Shown here piece after piece: positions 38,862 through 50,128 of a DNA stretch of 64,000 bases. The stretch's first letter is position 1; every line of letters begins with the position of its first letter. Source of the DNA: an uncultured delta proteobacterium (GTDB taxonomy: Bacteria; Desulfobacterota; Syntrophobacteria; Syntrophobacterales; Syntrophobacteraceae); NCBI GenBank assembly GCA_963808625.1, contig CAWEHK010000050.1, forward strand, positions 32,001 to 96,000. The letters are read 5' to 3'. The position numbers were made by a program, and so were the translations under genes. The notes below the pieces were generated by a model that saw nothing but the letters and a program-made list of their open reading frames with translations, had not been told where the DNA came from and ran no database searches.

Positions 38862-39953
38862 TCATCTGCGATCGGCTTGTAGTACTATCGTCTCTGCCTG
38901 ATATTTTCTCAAGCCGAGGCCGATAAGGCCGGCAACAACCAGTGTCATGAGGCCTCCGACAAGCCCCGAGACGGAAGTTCCGGTGCTGACGGCAGGCCAG
39001 GATTCTTCCCTGGCTGCTTTCCCGTGGGCTTGGTCTTCCCCCTCCCTGGTTGCCTCTTCTGCTACCGGCTTCTTGAAGTCGTAATCCGGCAAGAAGGCGA
39101 TCTTTTCCTGCAGCGCAGCCAGCAGCGCATGCAGTCCTTTCTGTCGGCCCTTCAAGTTCTTCCTTACCGGAAACCCCGAAGATCGACCACTCCAGTCCGT
39201 CCGGATTGGCCGAAGCGAACCACGAGAGCACCCCCGCCGTAAGGACTGAAATAACGAGGAATCCTGCAAGAACATTCCTGATGGCAAGCCGCCGTGCCGG
39301 TTCGGGCACGCCTTGCCGTTGCCAGGATCTCGGGGCGCGCCTTCCAGACGAAAGTCACCACGGCGGCGGTGACCAGCCCTTCAACCACGCCAATGGCCAG
39401 GTGGATCGGCTGCATCAGGAGCAGGAAACCGCCCAGAGGCAGCTCCGAGATGCCGGAGAAGAAGGTTTCGAGGACGACTCCCAGGGCCCCCATCTGCAGC
39501 CCTGCGATGGCTGCCGCAAGCGATCCCACCGCGATGCTGCGCCGCGGTTGGCCGCTCGCCGACAATTTTCCGGTAAAGGAAAGGATAGGCGATGAAACAG
39601 GGGAAGAACCCGAGATTGAAAATATTGCATCCCAAAGCCAGGAGCCCCCCGTCGGCAAAAAACAGGGCCTGGACGGTGAGGATGGATGCCATGGTGAGAA
39701 AGGCCGCATGCGGGCCGAGCAGGATCGCCAGGATCATCCCGCCCCCTAAATGTCCGCTCGAACCCGTGCCCGGAATCGAGAAGTTGATCATCTGGGCGGC
39801 AAAGATGAACGCCCCCAGAACGCCCATGAGCGGTGCCCTGCTGTCGTCGATGTTTTCTTTGAGTTTCTTGGCGCTGTATGCAGTGAGACCGGCAGTAACC
39901 GCCCACATCGTCCCACCGACAGCCGGGGAAATAAGCGCATCCGCCATGTGCAT
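38862..39953 (-). CDS. cbiM: ECF S component CbiM/NikM fused to an N-type (PDGLE) domain; several frameshifts
   Basis: MHMADAL N-terminus, AFIFAAQMINF.IPGTGSSGH, QALFFADGGL, QPIHLAIG..EG, WFAS.NPDGLEWS, spread over four ORF pieces. Confidence 0.88.
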
Positions 39954-40089
39954 GACCGATCCTCCTCAAAAGAAAAGGCAAAAAAAGCTAAGCTTGCCCC
40001 TTCATGGGAACAGCCTCCGGCCTTCATGGCCCGATTGCGCGTGGGGAAAAATCTTGCAGCCAATCGTCAAGAGCTTCTTGCTCTTTTCC

Positions 40090-40122
40090 GGTGACATTAC
40101 TCAAATCCGTTACCCGAGTCAA
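40090..40122 (-). promoter_or_regulatory. cbiM promoter with overlapping NikR-like inverted repeat
   Basis: TTGACT-N17-TAATGT; GGTAAC-N13-GTCACC spans the spacer and -10. Confidence 0.55.
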
Positions 40123-40285
40123 GCTCGGAAACAGCCGCGCACCAGAGATTGTCCACCGCGTCTCTTCCCGGAAAACCGCTTTTGTGATAATGTGCTTATC
40201 TGTTGCAGCCCGAACAAAGGCGAGATTGTGGCAACGCCGTGGGCGTGGCCCAAATAGTCCAAATCCATGTCTCTGAGGTGTATCC

Positions 40286-40522
40286 ATGTTCAGTGTGCCT
40301 GAGGTGGCCGTTATTCTGGTTGTTGTCCTTATCATCTTTGGACCGGGAAAGCTCCCGGACGTCGGATCGGCTCTCGGCAAAGGTCTGAAGAGCTTCAGGA
40401 AGGCCACGGAGGCCGAAGAGCATATTTCCGAAGAAGCCCCTGAATTGCAGAGAATGCCGAGCGTAAAGCCCGAACGGTTGGAAGCAAAGACAAGTTCCCC
40501 CGACCAATTGATTACCAAATAG
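40286..40522 (+). CDS. tatA: Twin-arginine translocase TatA/E
   Basis: E...[29 protein letters not shown]. Confidence 0.92.
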   Translation: MFSVPEVAVILVVVLIIFGPGKLPDVGSALGKGLKSFRKATEAEEHISEEAPELQRMPSVKPERLEAKTSSPDQLITK

Positions 40523-40624
40523 GTACCTTCTCAATAAAGGGGGGAATGCCTGCCTGCCCGCAGGGCGGGGCAGGCGGCTTCCGGGGCTGGAGAAAGATCA
40601 GGGGCAACCGGAAGATGGAGGGCG

Positions 40625-40976
40625 TCAGAACCCTGCAAGCTCGATCAAGTTTTTGATGCTCGATTCGTCGAGGGGGTGATCGCCGTTGGTCGTTTTTCGC
40701 TCGCGCATCTTCGCTTTTGCCGCCTCATCCCACTGGGGAATGACCACTGGTCGGCGCGGGTTTTCAAACCAGGCGAATTCGACCAGCTTCCGCGTCTGTC
40801 TGGCCGTGTAACAGTCTTCAGCCCTCGGCGTTACGGTTTTGCACATTTTCCCTTTGAGTGCCTCGTCCCAATAGCAGCAATCCATGAATTCCTCGCCCAG
40901 AGTGTCGTCAGCCATCCATGGAATGCGCATGGGGTTCCTCTGACCTGATCGTTCTGTTAAGGTCTTCGTAAGACAT
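40625..40976 (-). CDS. Hypothetical Cys-containing protein (probable frameshift near 40930)
   Basis: GAAAGGAG RBS then MSYEDLNRTIRSEEP, continuing out of frame as MRIPWMADD...DCCYWD...MCK...DCY; alternative start at 40885. Confidence 0.5.
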
Positions 40977-41341
40977 GGTCGCGTCTCCTTTCCTAAGACT
41001 GTGGTACCCTTCAAACAACCCCACCTGACTTTTGATTCTCATGTAGCACGGCGACGTTGCAGAAAGGTTAAACCTGCCCGGAAGCACCGGCGCAACTCTT
41101 CCTTGACCAGGGATGACAGCTTTGCTAGAAGGTAGGCCGCGCGAGCTCAGCCGGCAGGGGTTGAATTCTGTCATCGTCAGCGATCTTGAAAGCGAGGACA
41201 TACGGAGGTGGACGCGATCCACAGCCCAGGGAATGAAAAGACTATTTGGAAAGGCCGTGGATGCCCGCAGCTATCCACGGCCTTCCTGTTTGCCGCCACC
41301 GGCAGCATGCCGGCCGATGGGATTCGGGCCTGGAGAACAAG

Positions 41342-43191
41342 GTGACAACACGACAGATCCTCCTTGGAAATGAAGCAATCGCCCACGGTCTTCTGGAGTC
41401 CGCCTGCACCATGGCGACCTCCTATCCGGGAACGCCGGCTTCCGAAGTCCTGGGCGCCCTGGTAAAATTGAAGAAGCAACATGATTTGAAGCTTCATCTG
41501 GAATGGTCCGTGAACGAGAAGGTGGCCTTCGAGGTAGCCCTGGCCAACAGCTTCGCGGGCCGACGGTCAGCGGTGATCATGAAACAGGTGGGCCTCAATG
41601 TCGCTGCCGATCCCCTGATGAGCGCCGCCTATACGGGGGTAAAGGGCGGCTTTGTCGTGGTCGTGGCCGACGACCCCGGACCTCATAGCTCACAAACCGA
41701 GCAGGACAGCCGCTTCCTGGCCATGGCCGCCAAGCTGCCCGTGCTCGATCCATCCTCGCCGGCCGAAGCCCGGGATTTCATCGACCGGGCCATGAGGCTC
41801 TCCGAGAAGTACGAAATCCCGGTCATCCTGAGACCGACCACAAGGGTCTGCCATGCGCGTCAAGACATGGAACTGCGCCCCTTTGCCGAAAATGACCAGG
41901 TCCCATTGTTTGAAAAAGATCCGGCGAGATGGGCTGCGACGCCGAAGTTTCGGCTGCTCTTGCACCGCCGGTTGAACGAAAAGCTGGCAAAAGATCGCCC
42001 GCGACCCCGAATTCAGCCCATCCTTGTTGAATCAGGAAGAAATCGCGCCTTCCTTCCAGCCGCAGCCGCGGAGTTGCATCGTGGCTTCCGGTGTGGCCCT
42101 TGCCTACGCCCAGGAAATCCTTCTCGACCTGGGGCTCTGGGACAAGATACCGGTCTACAAGGCGCCCATGCCCTACCCTCTTGCGCCCGCTTTCCGCGAC
42201 GATCTGCTCGCGCTTTATGAGCGGATCCTGGTCCTGGAAGAATCCTATCCGGTGATCGAGCTCCAGTTCCAGGACCGAAAACGCGTGTTTGGCCGCACCA
42301 CGGGAACCGTCCCGGCTTCCGGAGAGCTCCTCCCGGAGGTTGTGGAAGCCGTCCTTCGAGGATTCTTCCAGCTTTCTCCAGCACCACCCATTGCCGCTCC
42401 CGGTTCTCCCGGCCGGCGCCCCACCCTTTGCGCCGGTTGTCCCCATCGCGCCGCGTTTTTCGCGATCAAGAAGGCTTTTCCCAAGGGCGTGTATCCCAGC
42501 GACATCGGCTGTTACACGCTCGGTCTCAACCTCGGGGTCGTGGATACGGTGCTCTGCATGGGCGCCTCCATCAGCCAGGCCTCCGGTTTTTATCATGCCT
42601 ACCAGGCGAACCGTGAGGACGCTCCCGCAATTTGCGCGACCATCGGGGATTCCACCTTCTTCCACGCGGGCATCCCGGCGCTGATCAACGCGGTCGTGCA
42701 GGGGTCTCGATTTGTGCTGGTTATTCTCGATAACAGCACCACCGCCATGACCGGCCATCAACCTACCCCGGCTTCCGGGAAAACGCTCGATGGCGTGCCC
42801 TGTTCCAAAGCTCTCCATCCCGGCCCTCGTTCGCGCCTGCGGCGTCGGCTTCGTGGCCGAAGAAGATCCCTATCGAATGGAAGCGATGATCGCGCTGCTC
42901 AAGAAAGCCAAAAAACACACTCAGGCCAAGAAAGGCGGGATCGCCGTGGTCGTGGCCAAACGTCCCTGCCTGATGGACCGAAGCCAGGCTGAATCCTGGA
43001 CCCGGAAACCGGTCACCGTAACGGCACAATGCAAAGGCTGCGGCTTTTGCATCCAACAGTTCGAATGCCCGGCCCTGCAGTCCCAGGGAAAGAAGCAACC
43101 CATCCGCATCGATCAGGCCCTTTGTTCAGGCTGTGGCCTTTGTGTGGTTGTGTGTCCGCATAAGGGGTTGAAGAGAGTGGCTGGTGGTTAG
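41342..43191 (+). CDS. iorA: Indolepyruvate:ferredoxin oxidoreductase alpha subunit (two frameshifts)
   Basis: LGNEAIA, YPGTPASE, NEKVAFE, MKQVGLNVAADP, SSQTEQD, PTLCAGCPH, DIGCY, IGDSTFFH, DNSTTAMTGHQ, two ferredoxin motifs. Confidence 0.92.
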
Positions 43192-43275
43192 TGATGAGTG
43201 ATGAGTAATGAGTGATGAGTAATGAGTAATGAGTGGATGAGTGATGAGTAACGGGTGAAGAGTAAGAGTGAAGTG
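43178..43275. repeat. Heptamer tract (GATGAGT/AATGAGT)n
   Basis: About 12 units starting at the iorA stop. Confidence 0.88.
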
Positions 43276-43295
43276 AGGGTGGGCTGAGAAACGAG

Positions 43296-43822
43296 GTGAC
43301 AATGCAGCAGATCATCGTAAGTGGGATTGGGGGGCAGGGGGTGCTCTTTGTGACGCGGCTCCTTGCCGAGACCGCTGTGGCGCTGGGGCATTCGGTGCTG
43401 ATTTCCGAGACCCACGGGATGGCGCAGCGCGGGGGCAACGTTATCAGCCATCTCAAGGTGGGGAGCCTCCGTACCGCCAGTCCTCTCATCCGACCCGGTC
43501 GAGCGGATGTCTTTCTTGGTCTCCATCCGGATGCCTTTCAGGTGCACGGGTTTTACCTGAAACCTGGAAGGCAAGGCCTTCTGCAATGCGGCTCAGCAAG
43601 ATTCAGAAGCACACGATCGATGCCATTCGCATCGCTACGGAACTGGGCTCGCCCGTTTCCGCCAACCTCGTGCTGCTGGGATTTGCAGCGTCATCAGGGC
43701 TGCTGTTCTGCAAGCCGGAGGACCTCGAACGACAAATCATGAGCTACGGCGGAAAGCGCCAGGAAATCAACCTCAAGGCGCTGCGTGCAGGAGTCAAAGC
43801 ATACCCGCAAGACCAAGATTAG
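43296..43822 (+). CDS. iorB: Indolepyruvate oxidoreductase beta subunit (frameshift near 43590)
   Basis: SGIGGQG, SETHGMAQRGG.V.SH, SANLVLLG, N.KAL..G. Confidence 0.9.
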
Positions 43823-43871
43823 AGCATGACGGAGAATTTGGCAGGCTGGAAAGCCTGCCCCACATCTTTCA

Positions 43872-43912
43872 ATCACTGACCACTGATCACTAACCACTAG
43901 CTAACCACTGGT
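43872..43912. repeat. Heptamer tract (CACTGAC/CACTAAC)n
   Basis: About five units immediately before the permease start. Confidence 0.8.
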
Positions 43913-43919
43913 TTTACCC

Positions 43920-44801
43920 ATGCTGCTGCGTCTTTTTCCGCAATTCTTTATCTCCGGCATCACCAACGGCAGCATTTATGCGCTCATTGCCCTGGGATAC
44001 TGTCTCATCCAGAATGCCACCGGGCTGGTGAATTTTGCCCAGGGCGATTTTGTCATGATTGGTGCGATGCTGATGATCACCCTCTACCAGGTGGTTCATC
44101 TGCCCATGCCCCTGGCCTTTATCCTTGCCACGGGAACGGTTGCGGTCGTCGGCATGGCGCTCGAACAGGGGCCGCTCAAACATTCCAGAAACCGCGACAT
44201 TCTCTCGCTCGTAATGATCACCATCGGCGCCTCGATATCCTTCCGTGGGGCCTCGATGCTGATCTGGGGGAAGAACGCCCACACCCTCGCGCCCCTTGGA
44301 GGAGACACTCCGATTCTGTTTCTGAACGCGGCCATCCTCCCGCAGTCGCTCTGGATGCTGATTATCTCCCTGATCGTTTTGGGGATACTGTACTTGTTCT
44401 TTCACCGCACCCTCGTGGGCAAAGCCATGCGGGCGGCCGCCGACAACCCCTTCGGCGCCGTTCTTATCGGCATTTCCGTGCGGCGGATTGTCGCCCTGGC
44501 CTTCGCCCTGAGCGGCGCCCTCGGGGCGCTGGCCGGCATCCTGATTGCCCCGATCACCAGTATGAGCTACGACGGCGGCTTGATGCTCGGTCTGAAAGGC
44601 TTCGCCGCCGCCATCCTGGGAGGGTACGGAAGCGTTCTCGGCGCGGTCGTCGGGGGGCTCACCCTCGGCGTCCTGGAAGCCCTCGGGGCCGGTTACATCT
44701 CGTCGGAATCCAAGGATGCCTTTGCCTTTCTCATTCTGCTCTTCGTGCTTTTCGTGAAACCTTCCGGCCTGTTCGGACAGGTCGGCGTGCGCAGGCTTTG
44801 A
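43920..44801 (+). CDS. Branched-chain amino acid (HAAT) ABC permease, LivH-like
   Basis: GSIYALIALG, VNFAQGDF, GKAMRA, LKGFAAAILGG, KPSGLFG. Confidence 0.92.
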   Translation: MLLRLFPQFFISGITNGSIYALIALGYCLIQNATGLVNFAQGDFVMIGAMLMITLYQVVHLPMPLAFILATGTVAVVGMALEQGPLKHSRNRDILSLVMITIGASISFRGASMLIWGKNAHTLAPLGGDTPILFLNAAILPQSLWMLIISLIVLGILYLFFHRTLVGKAMRAAADNPFGAVLIGISVRRIVALAFALSGALGALAGILIAPITSMSYDGGLMLGLKGFAAAILGGYGSVLGAVVGGLTLGVLEALGAGYISSESKDAFAFLILLFVLFVKPSGLFGQVGVRRL

Positions 44802-44994
44802 TGAAGACCGCGCGAAAACAGACTAGGCAACGTCAATACGGCGAATCTTCATGGTGCCGGAATTTACACCATTTTTCCACGAAGAGTCACGGAGATCGCA
44901 AGAAGTATTGGTGGTTTCTCTCTTGGGGTCTCTCTTGCATGTGCATTCTGTGGATGAAGAAGAGACTTCGTGTAAGATATAAATACTGTCAAGA

Positions 44995-46893
44995 TTGCTG
45001 ATTGACGTGGAAACCCTGAGAACAAAATCATCGTCCTCCGAAGAGCACTCCCTCGTCCTCATCCCCAAGGACTGGCGGGCATTGGTTTTGTTGGCCTCGG
45101 CGGTATGGCTCCTTCCGTACCTTCTTCACAACGACTATTTCCTGCTCCTTTTCAATGTCATGGCCCTCAATGCCATGGTGGTGCTCGGGCTCAATCTGCT
45201 CATCGGCTCCACCGGCCAGGTCTCTCTCGGGCATGCGGCATTTTATGGCATGGGGGCCTATCTCTCCGCCATTGCCAGCACGACCTGGCAGTGGCCCCTT
45301 GCTGCGGCGCTTGCCTTCGCCATCCTCGTGGTGGGGGCCACCAGTTTTCTCCTGGCCTTGCCGACCCTCAGGCTGGAAGGCCATTACCTGGTCATGGCCA
45401 CCCTGGGATTCAATATCATCGTGAGCATTCTCCTTGGCCATTTTGAAGGAGTCACGGGCGGGCCTTCGGGGTTTCCCGGCATCCCCAGGCTGCACCTCGG
45501 GTCGCTTACGCTCGCCACCGATCGCAGCTTTTACTATTTCGTCTGGACCCTCTTCCTGGTTGTCTTCGCCCTGACCACCAACCTGACCAACTCGCGCATC
45601 GGCCGGGCGCTGCAATCCATTCACGAAAGGGAATTAACCGCCCAGGCCCTGGGCATTCCATCGCACCGCTACAAGGTCGCCACTTTTGTCCTGAGCGCCC
45701 TCTATGCCGCAGTGGCCGGGTTCTGCTATGCTCATTACGTCACCTTCATCAGTCCCAAGACCTTCGATATCTTTTACTCGGTGCAGATCGTAACCATGGT
45801 GGTTGTGGGAGGCATGGGAAGCATCTGGGGAGGGCTGGCCGGCACGGCGCTGCTTACTGCTCTGCCCGAAGTGCTGCACCGTTTTGAAGACCTCCACGTC
45901 CTCTTTTACGGCCTGATCCTCACGGGGGTCCTGGTCTTCTGCCCGCAGGGGCTGGTCCCGACACTTATGCGCGCAGCGCGCTCCGCAATGCGCGCCAGGG
46001 TGCGGCCCGTTCCGAGAAAAGCGGAGCCATCAAGGGCTGGGCTTTTCGATCAATCCGCTCACAGCTTGGCGCCTTCCGGTCATCCCGGAGGCGCGTCGGG
46101 CGCCTTCTCCAACCCTGAAACCGCCCCACCGTTGCTGACCGTCGAAGAGGTTTCCATGAATTTTGGGGGCCTGCAGGCGCTCCACGATATCAGCCTGAGC
46201 GTCCATCCGGGTGAGATCGTGGCCCTCATCGGTCCGAACGGTGCCGGCAAAACCACGCTTCTTAACATCATTTCGGGACTGCTCAGGCCCCAGGAAGGGA
46301 GTGTTGTGTTGCAGGGGGCGGCGCTCACGAGACTCGCGCCTCACCAGATTGCCGCCGCCGGTATTGGCCGCACCTTCCAGGCAACCCAGATTTATCAGCA
46401 TTTTAATGTGCTCGAAAACGTGCTTCTGGGGCTCCATGGGCATGGTCGGTCCGGTATTTTCGCGGCGTATTTTCACACCCCGGGGGAGCGCCGGGAGGAA
46501 CGCGAGCTCCGGACGCGGGCCCTGGGCCTTCTTGAAGCATTCAAGATGGCCGACAAGGCGCTCTTGCCGTCCCAGGAACTCAGTCTCTTCGAGCACAAGC
46601 TGCTCGAGTTGGCGCGGGCCCTGGCGCTCTCCCCCCGGGTGCTGCTCCTGGATGAGCCGGTGGGCGGCCTGAACCCGAGGGAGAGCGAAGCGCTGGTCGC
46701 GTATGTCTCAGGCCTGCGCCGGGATGGTCTCGGGATCATTCTGGTCGAACACGATATGAACGTGGTCATGAGCCTTGCCGATCGCGTGGTGGTGCTCCAG
46801 AATGGCTGCAAGATCGCCTCGGGAACACCCCGGGAAATTCAGCAAGACCCGAAGGTCATTGCTGCTTACCTGGGAAACAGGAGGCGCAGGTAA
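44995..46893 (+). CDS. Fused LivM permease-LivG ATPase
   Basis: GQVSLGHAAF, RLEGHYL.MATL, VVGGMGS; GPNGAGKTT, RTFQ, LLDEP, VEHDM; start approximate. Confidence 0.9.
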   Translation: MLIDVETLRTKSSSSEEHSLVLIPKDWRALVLLASAVWLLPYLLHNDYFLLLFNVMALNAMVVLGLNLLIGSTGQVSLGHAAFYGMGAYLSAIASTTWQWPLAAALAFAILVVGATSFLLALPTLRLEGHYLVMATLGFNIIVSILLGHFEGVTGGPSGFPGIPRLHLGSLTLATDRSFYYFVWTLFLVVFALTTNLTNSRIGRALQSIHERELTAQALGIPSHRYKVATFVLSALYAAVAGFCYAHYVTFISPKTFDIFYSVQIVTMVVVGGMGSIWGGLAGTALLTALPEVLHRFEDLHVLFYGLILTGVLVFCPQGLVPTLMRAARSAMRARVRPVPRKAEPSRAGLFDQSAHSLAPSGHPGGASGAFSNPETAPPLLTVEEVSMNFGGLQALHDISLSVHPGEIVALIGPNGAGKTTLLNIISGLLRPQEGSVVLQGAALTRLAPHQIAAAGIGRTFQATQIYQHFNVLENVLLGLHGHGRSGIFAAYFHTPGERREERELRTRALGLLEAFKMADKALLPSQELSLFEHKLLELARALALSPRVLLLDEPVGGLNPRESEALVAYVSGLRRDGLGIILVEHDMNVVMSLADRVVVLQNGCKIASGTPREIQQDPKVIAAYLGNRRRR

Positions 46894-47041
46894 CAACCAG
46901 GATATGATCGTGGCCTTTTTCATGCTTCTCATGCTTTTAATGTTTTTGATCTTTTCCGTGTTTTCCGTGTTGTTCCGTGGTGAAAAAGAGAACTGTTCGC
47001 CACCCCTGGAATCGAACTGATGTGCGGAGGGCTGTAGACAT

Positions 47042-47767
47042 TTGCTAAGAGTTCAAGGGCTGTCGGCTCGATACGGGACCATCCAGGTTTTGCGCCGCGT
47101 GACTTTCCACGTCGCACCGGGGGAAGTGGTCGCCCTGATCGGCTCCAATGGCGCCGGGAAGAGCACCCTGCTGCGGGTCATAAGCGGGCTCCACCGGCCG
47201 TCGGAAGGGGCGGTCGAATTCAGCGGAGCTCCCATCCACCAGACGGCGCCGGAACGCATCGTCCACCTGGGGCTCGTGCAGGTCCCGGAAGCGAGGCAGC
47301 TCTTCCCGAACCTTACCGTTCTCGAAAACCTCGAGCTGGGTGGCTACCTTTTCGGCCGCAAGCACATTGCCGAACATCGGGAAAAAATGTTTGCACTCTT
47401 TCCGATCCTTGCCGACCGGCAGCGGCAAAAGGCCGGGACGCTGAGCGGCGGCGAACAGCAGATGCTTTCCATTGCCCGCGCCCTCATGGCCAAACCACGC
47501 CTTCTGCTTCTGGACGAACCATCCCTCGGGCTTGCTCCGCTTGTGGTTGAGGAAATCTACCGCACGCTTCAGGCACTCCATGCGCAGGGGACGACAATCC
47601 TGCTGGTGGAGCAAAACGCCATGGGGGCCCTGGAAATTGCGGAACGCGCATACGTTTTGGAAACCGGCCGCATCGTCCTTTCCGGCAAAGCGAGTGAACT
47701 GATGGAGCATGACGATGTGCAGAGGGCCTACCTGGGAAGAGACTACCAGTATAAATGGGAACGATAG
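47042..47767 (+). CDS. HAAT ABC ATPase, LivF-like
   Basis: GSNGAGKST, VPEARQLF, LSGGEQQM, DEPSLGLAP, VEQNA. Confidence 0.93.
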   Translation: MLRVQGLSARYGTIQVLRRVTFHVAPGEVVALIGSNGAGKSTLLRVISGLHRPSEGAVEFSGAPIHQTAPERIVHLGLVQVPEARQLFPNLTVLENLELGGYLFGRKHIAEHREKMFALFPILADRQRQKAGTLSGGEQQMLSIARALMAKPRLLLLDEPSLGLAPLVVEEIYRTLQALHAQGTTILLVEQNAMGALEIAERAYVLETGRIVLSGKASELMEHDDVQRAYLGRDYQYKWER

Positions 47768-47822
47768 AGGGTAATGTTATTGAATTGTTAATTCAACAGC
47801 ATTGACGATAGAGGGAGACCCC

Positions 47823-49140
47823 ATGGCGCAAGGATGGAGCGGTTACCGGTCACGCGAGGAGACCCGCCGGCTGCAGATGGAACAGTTGCAGATGACGCTT
47901 AACCGGGCCTATTTCAACGTCGACTTCTACCGCCGACGCATGGACGGCCTCGGCCTTCTGCCCGAGGATGTGGCGACCGCCGACGAGCTCAGCCGCTTTC
48001 CCTTCACCACGCGGCAGGACCTGGCGGAACACTACCCCTATGGGCTTTTTGCCGAGCCGTTGAAGAGCATCGTCCGCCTGAAAATCAGCAACCCGGCGTG
48101 GCTCGATCAGCACCGGCCCATCGTCGATCGGCTTTACCCGCCATGACGCGGCCATGTGGCAAGCGCTGATGGTACGGCTCTATCAGCAACTGGGGATGAC
48201 CGAGCGGGACATTGTGCAGGTAGCCTTCAATTTCAGTCTCTTTCCAGGGGCCTTCACGTTCAATCACGCCGCCGAAAGCCTCGGGGCGACGCTGGCGCCT
48301 TCGGCCACCATTTCGGCCACGCTGCAGTTGCAGATCATGCAGGACTTTCGCTCGACAGTCCTGGCCACGACGGCGGCCTTTGCGCTGCACCTGGCCGAAA
48401 CCATGGAACGCCAGAGTTTAGAAGCCTCGAGCCTGTACTTGCGGCATATTCTGCTGGGGCCGGACCCCCTCGCTGAAGACACCCGCCAACGACTCGAATC
48501 CGCGTTCCAGATCCCGGTGTATGGGCTCTACGGGGTAAGCGAGATGGTAGAACCGGGGGTGGCTGGGGAGTGCCCTGCCAAAGAGGGGCTGCACCTTGCC
48601 GAAGATCAATTCCTCGCCGAGCTCGTCCATCCGACGACCGGTGAACCGGTCGCGCCGGGCCACGAAGGCGAGCTCGTGCTCACGACCCTCACCACCGAGG
48701 CCTATCCGCTCATCCGCTATCGGACCGGGGACATTACCGTACTCAGGGAGGCACCCTGCGCCTGCGGGCGCACTTCAGCGCGGCTCGCCCCGATTCTTCG
48801 CCGCACCGACAATCGCATCTCGATCCGCGGCATTCCGCTCTACCCGGAACAGGTCGAAGCCCTGTTGCGCGCCATTGATCCCCTGCTTGAGGATTTTCGA
48901 CTGGTTGTCTACACGAGTCACGGTATCGGCGAGCAGCTCGAGATTTTCCTGGTGAGGCCTGCAAGTCAGGATTTTCCCGGCGGCAGCCGTTCGCAGTATC
49001 TGGATCTGGCGCGAAGCCACATTCGGCGCGCCTTGGGCCTTGGCGCCCGCGTCCAGATTGTTGACGCCGAGCACCTGCCCAAAGAGGGATTGACTTACAA
49101 GACCGTGTTCAGGAGCACCGCGTCGGTTCACCAGCCGTGA
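47823..49140 (+). CDS. Phenylacetate-CoA ligase-like protein (frameshift near 48126)
   Basis: PFTTRQDL..YPYGLFA, YGVSE..PGVAGEC, GELVLTTLT.EA.PLIRYRTGD, C.CGRT. Confidence 0.82.
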
Positions 49141-49369
49141 GCCATAAACGCAACATACGAGCATGTCTAGAACATGGGACTTCCTCATACTCAGACCTCC
49201 CGGTGGAGCGCCTCATTGCCATCACTGTCTCTCTGGAATCACTGTTTTTATACAATTGCATCCGCAATCCTGACGGGATATTGCGGGTCGGGGGTTCACC
49301 TAAACCAGGATACACTCCCACCTGGCGTTTCCACCGCGATGCTTCCGATGCATCTCAACAATTCTACCC

Positions 49370-49412
49370 TTGCCATGACAAGCCTTCAGCCATATAATCT
49401 TACTGGTAAGAT
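49370..49412 (+). promoter_or_regulatory. TA promoter and operator
   Basis: TTGCCA-N17-TATAAT with overlapping palindrome ATCTTAC-TG-GTAAGAT. Confidence 0.8.
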
Positions 49413-49436
49413 AAATCTGCCATCAAGGAGAACAAC

Positions 49437-49700
49437 ATGCCAAACTTAGCTACCACTAAGATGTCTTCTAAAGGCCAAGTCGTTATTCCGGAAAGCATTC
49501 GCCATCGTCTAAAGTTGAAAGCCGGGTCACAATTTGTCGTCGTGGGTGAAAATGATGTAGTAATTCTCAAAGCTATTGCACCCCCATCAATGGAAGAGTT
49601 CGATGCCCTGATTGCCGAAGCCCGCAGTCAAGCCAGACAGGCTCGTTTGAGGAGAACGGATATAGCTGCTGCCGTCGCGAAAGTTCGGGGTCAGAAGTGA
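49437..49700 (+). CDS. AbrB/MazE/SpoVT family antitoxin
   Basis: TTKMSSKGQVVIPE.IR..L.L..G; AAGGAG RBS. Confidence 0.92.
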   Translation: MPNLATTKMSSKGQVVIPESIRHRLKLKAGSQFVVVGENDVVILKAIAPPSMEEFDALIAEARSQARQARLRRTDIAAAVAKVRGQK

Positions 49701-50128
49701 GAGTGGTGCTTGACACGAACGTCTTCATCTCAGGCGTCTTCTTTACCGGTCCTCCCTTTCGCATTCTCCAGGCATGGCGCGACGGCTTGCTGCAATTGGC
49801 AATCTCACCCGAAATACTCGATGAGTACCGACGTGTAGGCGAGGACCTGGCCAAGCAGTTCCCGGCAATTGACTTGCGGCCGATGATGGATTTCGTGACA
49901 GTTAAGGCAAAGATGTTCCCCGATAAGAAATTGAGTGCACCGGTTTGCCATGACCCCGATGATGACAAATTCATAGCCTGCGCACTTGCCAGCAAAAGCA
50001 AACTGATCGTAAGCGGGGACAAGCACTTATTGAAGGTATCAGGTTTTCGAGGAGTACGGGTCCTGAAGCCACGGGAATTTGTAGATACCTGCCTTGCCAA
50101 GAGCGATAAAGACGAACCAACGAAATAA
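49697..50128 (+). CDS. PIN-domain toxin
   Basis: RVVLDTNV.IS, DPDDDKFIACA, IVSGDKHLL; GTGA overlap with the antitoxin. Confidence 0.92.
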   Translation: MRVVLDTNVFISGVFFTGPPFRILQAWRDGLLQLAISPEILDEYRRVGEDLAKQFPAIDLRPMMDFVTVKAKMFPDKKLSAPVCHDPDDDKFIACALASKSKLIVSGDKHLLKVSGFRGVRVLKPREFVDTCLAKSDKDEPTK

